From a virus (taxonomy: Duplodnaviria; Caudoviricetes), in the IMG/VR virus record IMGVR_UViG_3300043450_000376: 64,000 nt of DNA; one strand, written 5' to 3'. Positions 55,501-64,000 of the stretch are shown in pieces (position 1 is the stretch's first letter; each line of letters begins with the position of its first letter). The translations under genes were made by a program, and so were the position numbers. The notes beneath the pieces are model-generated. The model saw only the letters and a list, made by a program, of their open reading frames with translations, searched no databases and was not told the DNA's origin.

Positions 55501-56240
55501 CCTATCAATCTATAATAGTATCTGACCTACACTTAGGAACAAAAGATTCTAAATGTGAAGAGTTCTTGGAATTCTTAGATACACATAAAACCCATCAGCT
55601 AATTCTTAATGGAGACATTATAGATGGTTGGGCCATTAATAGAGGAGGCAAGTGGAGAAAAGAACACACTAAAGTTCTTGGTAAATTACTAAGACTTTCA
55701 AATGATATTCAAATTATTTGGATTAGAGGAAACCACGACGACTTCTTAACTGAATTTATTGGCAATGCCTTTGGCGGAATTGAATTTAGAGAAGACTATA
55801 CGCTAGAATATTCTGAATGGATTGAATCTGATGTATGGAAGCGCAAAAGTTACTATGTTTTTCATGGAGATGTTATTGATGTTTTTATTACTAACTATAA
55901 ATGGTTAGCCAAAATTGGAGCAGTAGGCTACGACTTTGCACTATGGTTAAATCGTATCTACAATGGATATAGAAAATGGAGAAATCTTCCATATCAATCA
56001 ATTTCTCAGAAAATAAAGGCTGGAGTTAAAGTTGCAACCAATTATGTTAATGATTTTGAAGTAACAGCTCTGCGTATGGCAGAAAAGAAAGGCTGTCATG
56101 GAGTTATTTGTGGTCACATTCACCAACCAGCTGACCGCTATATCAATGGTCACCACTACCTAAACTCTGGAGACTGGGTTGAAAACATGTCTGCTATCTT
56201 AATTGATAACAAGGGCCATGTTAAATTATATCAAGCTTAA
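55491..56240 (+). CDS. LpxH-like (UDP-2,3-diacylglucosamine hydrolase family) metallophosphoesterase
   Basis: SDLHLG, NGDIIDGW, RGNHD, HGD, CGHIH, NSGDW. Confidence 0.8.
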   Translation: MDMTYQSIIVSDLHLGTKDSKCEEFLEFLDTHKTHQLILNGDIIDGWAINRGGKWRKEHTKVLGKLLRLSNDIQIIWIRGNHDDFLTEFIGNAFGGIEFREDYTLEYSEWIESDVWKRKSYYVFHGDVIDVFITNYKWLAKIGAVGYDFALWLNRIYNGYRKWRNLPYQSISQKIKAGVKVATNYVNDFEVTALRMAEKKGCHGVICGHIHQPADRYINGHHYLNSGDWVENMSAILIDNKGHVKLYQA

Positions 56241-56423
56241 ACTCTTTCAGCGTACACCAGTATAATAATCCATGAAATGGAAGAAATATAACTGGACTTT
56301 CCTTGTTACATGGGTACTTGTCCTAATTACAGCAGGCTTTCTTTGGGGTAAGCTAATCGCCTGGTTAACGTCTTAGCCAAACCCAATAGTATTGGGTATA
56401 TTAATTTAAATTACGTCTAAACG

Positions 56424-58259
56424 ATGGCATCAACAAAAGAAATTAGTAAGAAATACCAGCTGCTTGATGAGATCGAGCACGTCCTAAAAAGACCTGGCAT
56501 GTATATTGGTTCAACTAAACCTCATACAAGTCAGGAGTGGATCCTTAAAGATGGTATGTATGAGAAAGAGGAATTGACTTACAATCCCGGCTTTCTAAAG
56601 TTATTTGATGAGATTATCTCAAACTCAGTCGACGAGCATAAACGCTCAGGTAAAATTAACCAGATCAAAGTTGTTATTAAAGACAACCTTATTTCAGTTT
56701 GGGATAATGGCGGAATTCCAGTAGTTCAGCATCCAGAACATAAAGTCTGGATTCCCGAATTAATCTTTTCTAACCTTAGAGCTGGCTCTAATTTTAATGA
56801 TGATGAAGGTAGAATTGTAGCTGGAACAAATGGAGTTGGTGCATCACTAGTTAATATCTTTTCTAATAAGTTTAAGATTGAAACAGCTGATGGTAAAAAG
56901 AGACTAGTTCAGCTTTTTACCAAAAACATGTCAGTTAAGGGTGTTGCAAAGATTTCTGCATCAACTCAAGGTTTTACTGAAATTTCATATGAAACAGATT
57001 TAAGCAGATTTGAAATGAAATCTCTTGATGAAGCTCATATTAAAATGATGCGTAAACGTGTTATTGATATTGCAGCAGCAAATCCGGGTCTTAAGCTAGA
57101 ATTTAATGGCGAGAAATTTAGATTTAAAAATTTCAAAGAATACGTTGAGCTCTATGTTCAAGCTCCAGTTTGGGAAAAGAGCGAGCATTGGGAATTTGCA
57201 GTTGGCCATTCAAAAGATGGCTATCAATCTATTTCATTTGTTAATTCAATTGAAACTAAAGATGGCGGTACCCATGAAAACTATATCTTAAATCAGGTAA
57301 TTGAAGACCTAAGAGTCTTAATTAAAAAGAAACATAAGGTTGAAGTTAAACCTTCGGAAATTCGTAATCATGTTTTCTTATTCATAAACTGTACAGTAAT
57401 TAATCCGGCGTTTTCTTCTCAAACCAAAGAAAAACTAATTACTGAACCTAAAGAATTTGGAACAGCCCATACTGTTTCAGACAAATTTGCTAAAGCAGTT
57501 TTTGCATCAGAAATAATTGAATCATTATTAGATTGGATTCAACAAAAGAAACAGGCTGAAGAGAGAGCTGAGTTACGTAAACTTAATAAATCTCTTGCAA
57601 CAACTAAAGTTCTTAAGTTAATTGATGCTAAAGGCAAGGACAGAAGCAAGTGTTCGCTTGGAATATTTGAAGGTATGTCTGCCCTATCAGCAGTTCGTAA
57701 GTTTAGAGATCCTCAGGTATTTGGAGCATTTCCACTTAAAGGTAAATTTCTTAATGTAAGTGAGATGAAGAATACTGAAGTTATTAAGAACGAAGAAGTA
57801 GTTCAGCTGATGGCATCGTTAGGAATTAAATTAGGAGAAGATCCCAAGGAAATGCGTTATAATAAAATCCTAATCTATACTGATGCTGATCCAGATGGAG
57901 ACTCGATTGCAGGTTTACTAATTAACTTTTTTAATAGGTATTGGCCAGAATTAGTAACAGAAGGCAAGGTCTTTAAAGTAATGACGCCGCTTGTTGTTGC
58001 AAAGAAAGGTAAAGAAATCATGCCATTTTATACAGCCGATTCTTATTTAAAATGGGAAGCTGAAACTAAAATGACAGGCTGGACAGTTGAATACAAAAAA
58101 GGTCTTGCAGCACTTGAAGATGCAGAGTATCGAGAGATTATTCATAACCCAAATTTAGTACAATTAACTAACGATAAACAGGCAGCGAAATCACTAGACG
58201 ACTGGTTCGGAAATGATTCAGCTCCTCGAAAAGCACGTCTTTTACAATTTTCAATATGA
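56424..58259 (+). CDS. type II DNA topoisomerase, ATPase/TOPRIM subunit (GyrB/ParE; T4 gp39+gp60-like)
   Basis: EHVLKRPGMYIGS, DEIISNSVDE, GTNGVGA, FEGMSA, PLKGK, TDADPDG. Confidence 0.95.
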   Translation: MASTKEISKKYQLLDEIEHVLKRPGMYIGSTKPHTSQEWILKDGMYEKEELTYNPGFLKLFDEIISNSVDEHKRSGKINQIKVVIKDNLISVWDNGGIPVVQHPEHKVWIPELIFSNLRAGSNFNDDEGRIVAGTNGVGASLVNIFSNKFKIETADGKKRLVQLFTKNMSVKGVAKISASTQGFTEISYETDLSRFEMKSLDEAHIKMMRKRVIDIAAANPGLKLEFNGEKFRFKNFKEYVELYVQAPVWEKSEHWEFAVGHSKDGYQSISFVNSIETKDGGTHENYILNQVIEDLRVLIKKKHKVEVKPSEIRNHVFLFINCTVINPAFSSQTKEKLITEPKEFGTAHTVSDKFAKAVFASEIIESLLDWIQQKKQAEERAELRKLNKSLATTKVLKLIDAKGKDRSKCSLGIFEGMSALSAVRKFRDPQVFGAFPLKGKFLNVSEMKNTEVIKNEEVVQLMASLGIKLGEDPKEMRYNKILIYTDADPDGDSIAGLLINFFNRYWPELVTEGKVFKVMTPLVVAKKGKEIMPFYTADSYLKWEAETKMTGWTVEYKKGLAALEDAEYREIIHNPNLVQLTNDKQAAKSLDDWFGNDSAPRKARLLQFSI

Positions 58260-59611
58260 TGATTAAAGCAGAATTAAAATCAGTATCTCAATTTCTAGAT
58301 CAGGACTATGCAGCCTATGGTATGTACACTCTTGAAAACAGAGCAATTCCCTCAGTTATAGATGGATTTAAGCCAACTCAGCGTAAAATTATTTTTATTG
58401 CAGATAAAGTTTGGAAAGGTTCTAATGATAAACCACTAAAGATATTTCAGCTAGGCGGCCGAATTGCAGCAGATGCACACTATCATCATGGAGATGGATC
58501 TCTTAATGGAGCTATTATTGGAATGGCTCAATCATTTAAAAACTCCCTTCCGTTATTGGATGAGGTTGGCCAATTTGGATCAATGCGATCTCCCGAAGCA
58601 GGTGCTGCTCGTTATATTTCAACCAAACTTACTCCAAATTTTAGATTACTCTATAAAGATTTTGAACTATTAACTTCGCAAATCGAAGAAGGTAATGAAA
58701 TCGAACCTAAATATTTCTTACCAATTATTCCAACTGTCCTCCTAAATGGAAGTTCAGGTATTGCAGTAGGTTTTGCTACAAATATTTTGAACAGAAATCC
58801 TGCTCAATTAATAGAAGCTTGCACTAAAGTATTAGATGGTAAAAAGATTGGAGAATTACTTCCATGGTTTAAGGATTTCAATGGGCCAATCTCTAGAATT
58901 GGAGATAACCAATATCAATTTAAAGGAGTTGCTCGAGTAGTTAATACAACAACGGTTGAAATTACCGAGTTACCTCCATCAATGACATTCCAAAAATATG
59001 AGAACCATTTAAATAATTTACAAGAGCGTGGAGTTATTTTCTCATATGAAGATAACTGTTCAAACGGAATTTCATATACCCTTAAATTTCAACGAGCTAG
59101 CCTTGCTGACTTGATTGCAAAAGATAAATTAGAGACAACTCTTAAATTAGTAGAAACTGATAGTGAGAATTTAACATGTCTAGATGAAAGAGGTAAACTT
59201 AAAATATTTTCAAGTCTACCAGAATTAGTTGATTACTTTGTTAAATTTCGTTTAGCGTATTATGATAAACGCAAGGCTTACTTAATTGATACATTAGAAA
59301 AAGATTTAGTGTATCTTTCAAATAGAGCCAGATTTATTAAGATGATTATTGATGGTAAACTTAAATTAGGTAATCGCCCAAAACAAGAAATCGTTTTAGA
59401 ATTAGATGAGCTTAAGTTTGACCGTATCAATTCAGGCTTTGACTATTTGCTAAGCATGCAAATTCAAACTTTAACTAAGGAGAAATACGAGCAGTTAGTC
59501 AATGAAGTTAAAGAAAAATCTGCAGAATTGGTAACTGTAAAAAAGACTGCACCAATTGATATGTATAGAACCGATCTTGCAGAATTAAAGAAAAATCTTA
59601 AGACTAAATAA
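58256..59611 (+). CDS. type II DNA topoisomerase, breakage-reunion subunit (GyrA/ParC; T4 gp52-like)
   Basis: RAIPSVIDGFKPTQRK, YHHGD.S, GQFGS, AARYI catalytic Tyr, NGSSGIAVGFAT. Confidence 0.95.
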   Translation: MMIKAELKSVSQFLDQDYAAYGMYTLENRAIPSVIDGFKPTQRKIIFIADKVWKGSNDKPLKIFQLGGRIAADAHYHHGDGSLNGAIIGMAQSFKNSLPLLDEVGQFGSMRSPEAGAARYISTKLTPNFRLLYKDFELLTSQIEEGNEIEPKYFLPIIPTVLLNGSSGIAVGFATNILNRNPAQLIEACTKVLDGKKIGELLPWFKDFNGPISRIGDNQYQFKGVARVVNTTTVEITELPPSMTFQKYENHLNNLQERGVIFSYEDNCSNGISYTLKFQRASLADLIAKDKLETTLKLVETDSENLTCLDERGKLKIFSSLPELVDYFVKFRLAYYDKRKAYLIDTLEKDLVYLSNRARFIKMIIDGKLKLGNRPKQEIVLELDELKFDRINSGFDYLLSMQIQTLTKEKYEQLVNEVKEKSAELVTVKKTAPIDMYRTDLAELKKNLKTK

Positions 59612-60018
59612 TGAAGTTTTTAAATCAACACCCTATCAAGAAATCTGATCTTGGATTTCATGGTAATTTATTTGGAGGTAAACTCCTAGCCTGGATTGAT
59701 GCAGCGGCAGCCGGTTATGCAATGGAATATGCACATAATCGTAGAATGGTTACAGTTAAAATTGATGAATGTATATTTAAAAAGCCAGCCAAAGAGGGCA
59801 GTCTACTTAAAATTTATGGTTCTATAACAAAGGTTGGTAATACCAGTATTACTCTGTACATAGAGGCAAGATCCTTTAATGTCTATACGCACGACGAAGA
59901 TATTGTCCTGTCCACTCATATTACATTTGTTAGAATAGATGAAGACGGTAGTCCTATTCCAATTTCAGATAAGGTTCGAAACGGCTTTCATTATGAAGTA
60001 GCATCGAAAGATAAATAA
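59611..60018 (+). CDS. acyl-CoA thioesterase (HotDog fold)
   Basis: GNLFGGKLLAWIDAAA, VTV, FKKP, VGNTS. Confidence 0.85.
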   Translation: MKFLNQHPIKKSDLGFHGNLFGGKLLAWIDAAAAGYAMEYAHNRRMVTVKIDECIFKKPAKEGSLLKIYGSITKVGNTSITLYIEARSFNVYTHDEDIVLSTHITFVRIDEDGSPIPISDKVRNGFHYEVASKDK

Positions 60019-60040
60019 TACTGAAAAAAGAACTATTAAT

Positions 60041-60913
60041 ATGTCATTAGTAACTAGCTTCGATAAATTTAATGTAAACGAAGAAGAAATTGAAACTCCT
60101 ACTCCAGCCCCGGCTGAAGATCCAATGGCTGAACCTGCTGCTTCTGAAGAAGTTAAAGTAGAAGAGCCTGCTGCTGAAGAAGCTCCAACCGAAGAAGTTA
60201 AAGCGGACGAACCTCAAGCTGAAGAACACGAATACTATTTTACATGGTATGGCTGGGTTCCTAGTTATGGAGATTTTGACCAAGACTGGATGTCAGTTAA
60301 AGCAAAATCGGATAGCGAAGCAATTGAAAAATTATCTGAATACAAACCACTTCAATATTCAAAAGGTGGAGTTGGTCTTGATACACTAGACGGAGAAAAA
60401 CCTAAAGGTGCATCTGTTGCTGGATGGGACGAACAAGAAGATGGTTCTAAAATTGCAAAATCTTATGAAGTAGATTTTAAAAACAAGAAATTTGTTCTTA
60501 ATGTTACTACATATCCAAAGGATCACTTTGCTAATCCTAAAGAAAACCCTAAAAAGAATGAAAAACAGGACGTTGAACCATTCTTTAGTGGAGAAACTAA
60601 AACTAATGAAGGAATGGATTCTATGATGGAAGTTTCTCTTGAAGAGAAGTACGATACATTTGTAGAGTCAATTCGCAAAAGCGGTAAAGGCGCAAAGCTT
60701 ACCTTAACACCTAACGATATTATTGTTGAATTTGGATTTGACTATCCAGATGAATTAGCTCAGCTTGCATTTGAAACTGCAGATGAATTAGGAATTTCTA
60801 GTAGAGAACTTTCAGTTTGTGCAGAATCTAGCGGACACAAAGCTATTAAGATCAATAGAGTTAACGGTGGCCCTAAGAACTGGAACATGCTAAATAGATA
60901 CGGGCGTCGTTAA
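60041..60913 (+). CDS. acidic late protein with leader
   Basis: MSLVTSFDKFNVNE|E; E/P/A-rich; GATAAATAA at 60010. Confidence 0.65.
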   Translation: MSLVTSFDKFNVNEEEIETPTPAPAEDPMAEPAASEEVKVEEPAAEEAPTEEVKADEPQAEEHEYYFTWYGWVPSYGDFDQDWMSVKAKSDSEAIEKLSEYKPLQYSKGGVGLDTLDGEKPKGASVAGWDEQEDGSKIAKSYEVDFKNKKFVLNVTTYPKDHFANPKENPKKNEKQDVEPFFSGETKTNEGMDSMMEVSLEEKYDTFVESIRKSGKGAKLTLTPNDIIVEFGFDYPDELAQLAFETADELGISSRELSVCAESSGHKAIKINRVNGGPKNWNMLNRYGRR

Positions 60914-60916
60914 TCA

Positions 60917-61174
60917 GTGCCAAAGGTATTATCATATAACGAGTGGGCTGATCTTAAGCAAGCCAATCATGTAAACCACGATGGCTATCTAGACTCATCT
61001 CCAAATAATACAAACCCCTATAATATTATTCCTTCTGCTGACATCACAATGGATGGCGTTAGCAGAAGGCTTAAACTTACCCCCGAAAAAGGCGAATCTA
61101 TTATCGCTGAACCAAACTCAGGTTCATATAATTTCGGAGACTCTAGTTGGGTACTAGAAATTCCTCAAGATTAA
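60917..61174 (+). CDS. small protein (weak leader-like start)
   Basis: MPKVLSYNEW; NIIPS..ITM.GV. Confidence 0.55.
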   Translation: MPKVLSYNEWADLKQANHVNHDGYLDSSPNNTNPYNIIPSADITMDGVSRRLKLTPEKGESIIAEPNSGSYNFGDSSWVLEIPQD

Positions 61175-61228
61175 GTTAATCTAATTCAAGTTTTTTAGTA
61201 TAATAGTTTAGATACTAATTATAACTAT

Positions 61229-61951
61229 ATGAAACTTGGACACTGGTTTTGCGAAATGGTTGGAATTAAAATTAGATCGTTTTATTTAGGCGACCTATAT
61301 TTTACCATTACCAAAGATTCCCCTTACTATTCATCAGGCAATGATGTTTTAAACACCCTACATTTTAAATTTCTAGGTCTTTATTTTGCCAGTCGGCTAA
61401 AGAAGCGAAAAACTAAAGCTGGTTTTAGGAAAAATCAAAAATTAATTAAGATTTTTGAATCTACATGCGGAGTTATTGTTGGTAACTATCAAGTTAAAGA
61501 TAACTCTAGCAATACATATGATGATTGGGCTTTACCGGATGCAGTTGTTACCATACAGGATAAAAAATTAGTTGGCACACTAAGCGATTGTTACTGGCTT
61601 CTAGAGAAATCTGTAGTAGTTTGCGAAGAGTTCCCAAGTGCAGGCTATTCAATGACTGATAACATGTGGGTAGGCTGGTCTCATAGAGCAACTGCAGGTT
61701 TCAAAAAAGGTGATCGTCTTTTTGATGAAACATATAAACCAATCGAATCTGATTATACACAAGCTGAGTGGAAAGACTGGACAGTTAAATTTCAAAAGGC
61801 AATCAATAAAGCTGACGATCTTGAAAAGAAGTGGATTATTGAAGATGGTATGTCTTATGTAATACCGTTTAAACAAAGAGGGCCAAAGATTATTGAAACA
61901 AATCAGGAAGCTAAACAGGCAGCAATTAATTTTTCTAAATACGTATCATAA
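61229..61951 (+). CDS. hypothetical protein
   Basis: WVGWSHRA..GF..GD; AAINFSKYVS. Confidence 0.65.
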   Translation: MKLGHWFCEMVGIKIRSFYLGDLYFTITKDSPYYSSGNDVLNTLHFKFLGLYFASRLKKRKTKAGFRKNQKLIKIFESTCGVIVGNYQVKDNSSNTYDDWALPDAVVTIQDKKLVGTLSDCYWLLEKSVVVCEEFPSAGYSMTDNMWVGWSHRATAGFKKGDRLFDETYKPIESDYTQAEWKDWTVKFQKAINKADDLEKKWIIEDGMSYVIPFKQRGPKIIETNQEAKQAAINFSKYVS

Positions 61952-61952
61952 T

Positions 61953-62258
61953 ATGAAATTAACAACCGAATTCCAATCAATTAGAGATTGGGCAGAAGAA
62001 AAAGGAATCTACTCTAAAGGGGATCCTAAAACACAATACATTAAACTATGTGAAGAGATGGGAGAGCTGGCTCAATCTATCTTAAAGCAGGACGAAGCAG
62101 AATTTAAGGATGCAGTTGGAGATTGTGTTGTAGTCTTAACAAACTTAGCCAAATTAAAGGGTTATACAATCGAAGAGTGCATTAACGGATCTTATGATGT
62201 TATTGCAAAGCGTACAGGTAAAATGGTTAATGGAACATTTGTTAAAGAACAAAACTAA
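61953..62258 (+). CDS. MazG-like NTP pyrophosphohydrolase
   Basis: KLCEEMGELA, KDAVGDC, IEECI; start MKLTTEF at 61953. Confidence 0.85.
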   Translation: MKLTTEFQSIRDWAEEKGIYSKGDPKTQYIKLCEEMGELAQSILKQDEAEFKDAVGDCVVVLTNLAKLKGYTIEECINGSYDVIAKRTGKMVNGTFVKEQN

Positions 62259-62260
62259 TA

Positions 62261-63229
62261 ATGAAACAATATAAACTTTTCTCAATTGACGGTCGTCCAC
62301 TCGCAAACGAAATTTGCGAACATCTTTCAACCCTAACTGACTCTGATATTAGAGTCGGTAAATTTAAAATTGATCAATTCTCAGATGGAGAATTTAGTCC
62401 ACAGTTTTTAGAATCAATTAGAGACAAGTCTGTATTTTTAACAACTACTTTAACTAGTTCAGATGCTATTATTAAATTAGTACTTTCAATTGATGCAGCA
62501 AAGCGAGCATCTGCATCTGAAATTATTATAGTACTGCCATACCTTGCATATTCGCGACAAGATCGAAGAGAAGGCCATCGTGGTTCAATCGGCGGAAAGG
62601 CGATTGCCGATCTTATTAAAAACGCAGGTGCTGATAAAGCAATTCTATTTGATCTACACTCAGAACAGATTCAGGGTTTCTTTGATATGCCAGTTGAACA
62701 CATTCCTGGCTGGGTTGCATTTACTGATTATGTAAAAGACTTGGATCCAACTTGTGATTGGACAGTATGCTCGCCAGATGCCGGCGGTGTTAAACGAGCA
62801 AACCGTTTTTATCAGCACTTTGTTAAAACACATGAGACGGCAACCTTTTCAATGTTATCTAAACTAAGAGACAAGCCAAATTCAATTGAACGAATGGATC
62901 TGATTGGAGATGTTAATGGTCGATGCGTAATCTTAATTGATGATATGGTTGATACTGGCGGAACTCTTCTACTTGCAGCTAAACTGCTAAAAGAAGCAGG
63001 CGCGCTAAAGGTTCATGCAATCTGTACGCATGGAGTTTTATCTGGCCCTGCATATGACCGACTAAGCGGAGAAAATGGTCAATATCTAGATTCGTTAGTT
63101 ATTAGTACTTCAATTCCATCTAATTTTCACGATAAAATAAAAACCGTAAGCTGTGCTCAGCCCATTGCTAAAACTATTTTTGCAATGACTAGATCTGTAT
63201 CTGTAGCACAAACTCTATTACCACTATGA
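62261..63229 (+). CDS. prs: ribose-phosphate pyrophosphokinase (PRPP synthetase family)
   Basis: FSDGE, PYLAYSRQDRR, DLHSEQIQGFF, SPDAGG, DDMVDTGGT, THGVLSG. Confidence 0.9.
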   Translation: MKQYKLFSIDGRPLANEICEHLSTLTDSDIRVGKFKIDQFSDGEFSPQFLESIRDKSVFLTTTLTSSDAIIKLVLSIDAAKRASASEIIIVLPYLAYSRQDRREGHRGSIGGKAIADLIKNAGADKAILFDLHSEQIQGFFDMPVEHIPGWVAFTDYVKDLDPTCDWTVCSPDAGGVKRANRFYQHFVKTHETATFSMLSKLRDKPNSIERMDLIGDVNGRCVILIDDMVDTGGTLLLAAKLLKEAGALKVHAICTHGVLSGPAYDRLSGENGQYLDSLVISTSIPSNFHDKIKTVSCAQPIAKTIFAMTRSVSVAQTLLPL

Positions 63230-63960
63230 AGAAATTAATTTTTATCCTATGCTTTTTGCCAAGCTTGGCAGGAGCACAAACCCAAATCTATTCCCTAACT
63301 GGAATGTTAAATATTGGTAACCGTGCAGGTTATCTGGTCGGAACAAAGGCAGAATACAAATCAAAGGACACTGGCAAAATTGGTTTAGTTAGCAATGCAT
63401 CAGGTCAAATTCAATATGCATCAGTCAATGACGCGATGCTATTACAGAGAAGAGATATTAACCTTTCTGTGTATGGCTGGAAGACTCTGGATAAGGTACA
63501 GTCACTTATATTTTTTAGTGAAGGTGAACATTCATATACCAGAAAGGTTGAATTCAGGGTGACCGGAGGAGCTGGTTATAAAAAGGTTCTAGTTGATATT
63601 CCAGGTAAAAAGATTGAAGTTTCACAAGCAGTTACGACCGAGCAACTTCAATTAATAGATGGCAATCGTAGCTGGACCATTCGCAGTTCAACTAGAGGTA
63701 AACTTGTGTTGGGTACAGACACTAAATTAACAATCATTGCCACCATACAGCCGCCCCTTGCCTCTAATACTGGAGCAGACGTTAAGAACAATATGGTAGG
63801 TCGAGTTATTGCTCAATTGGAGCACCCATTATCAAAAAGTCTGTCATTTTCAGTTAGTAGCGATATAAACTATCAAACATATCAGTCTTGGGTTAAACCA
63901 GACGTTAAACCTTACGACGGAGTTATTCAGCTTGGCCTAATGTGGAGGCCGAATAAATAA
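63226..63960 (+). CDS. predicted outer-membrane beta-barrel protein (DUF481-like)
   Basis: signal ..LAGA|Q; R.TGGAGYK; alternating strands. Confidence 0.5.
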   Translation: MKKLIFILCFLPSLAGAQTQIYSLTGMLNIGNRAGYLVGTKAEYKSKDTGKIGLVSNASGQIQYASVNDAMLLQRRDINLSVYGWKTLDKVQSLIFFSEGEHSYTRKVEFRVTGGAGYKKVLVDIPGKKIEVSQAVTTEQLQLIDGNRSWTIRSSTRGKLVLGTDTKLTIIATIQPPLASNTGADVKNNMVGRVIAQLEHPLSKSLSFSVSSDINYQTYQSWVKPDVKPYDGVIQLGLMWRPNK

Positions 63961-64000
63961 TCCTATATGACAACTGCCAGTCGACTAGAACATCCACGTA

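Larger units (their letters stand above)
4283..60018. promoter_or_regulatory. dispersed T4-type late promoter motif (G/A/T)ATAAATA
   Basis: directly upstream of late genes at 4283(-),5122,5682,9956(-),12696(-),13575(-),19049(-),19877(-),23926(-),24280,26743(-),42385(-),43374(-),44482(-),44495,46263,47476,49333,60010; T4 consensus TATAAATA. Confidence 0.75.
754..61204 (+). promoter_or_regulatory. dispersed middle-type promoter motif RGTATAWT
   Basis: near 754,2238,4301,19085,21854,27208,28112,28415,38847,39291,39723,40893,51854,53593,56259,56395,61198, usually 10-40 bp before start codons. Confidence 0.6.

Noticed and set aside
56424-59611. Host chromosomal gyrase/topo IV, implying a bacterial contig
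   Set aside because: Short T4-type subunits (611 and 451 aa, no C-terminal pinwheel) within phage promoter and gene context
943-62735. Many short antisense or alternate-frame ORFs in the track (e.g. 943-1167, 4057-4254, 15793-15990, 57106-57291, 62544-62735)
   Set aside because: Nested within well-supported genes, with no promoter or motif support
1-64000. Stop-codon recoding (TAG to Gln, code 15)
   Set aside because: Standard-code ORFs tile the window densely, conserved enzymes are full length, and several genes end in TAG at sensible positions

Overview
A 64-kb segment of a large, AT-rich, lytic dsDNA phage (T4-like/jumbo type). The host is most likely Bacteroidota: there are no Shine-Dalgarno motifs, leaders are A-rich, early promoters carry TATATTTAC -7-like boxes, and signal peptides cleave before Gln. 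The window has three zones. (1) 1-26.7 kb is a mix of DNA-repair and nucleotide enzymes (UvsE, Fpg/Nei, HAD nucleotidase, nucleotidyltransferase, PD-(D/E)XK nuclease, HDAC-like deacetylase, amidase) and late genes whose N-termini resemble T4 internal-head capsid-targeting leaders. (2) 27.2-42.1 kb is a co-oriented early island of small genes, a sigma70-family factor, Hsp20, a RadA-like ATPase and a DUF932-like protein. About 18 copies of one promoter drive it; their upstream TGTTAATAAC box sits at helically phased distances, and four copies embed covarying hairpins. GC-rich non-coding blocks bracket the island: a phased CCWGG array on the left, and a solo IS607-type serine recombinase with 57-bp-periodic repeats on the right. 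(3) 44.5-64 kb holds more leader-bearing late proteins (including OmpA-like domains), mgsA, GT2, a two-subunit type II topoisomerase, a thioesterase, MazG, Prs and beta-barrel-like proteins. A structured element at 14.8 kb carries fragments matching 23S rRNA helix 69/71. No tRNA, rRNA gene, CRISPR array or capsid/terminase gene was seen. All family calls come from motif recognition, not database searches.
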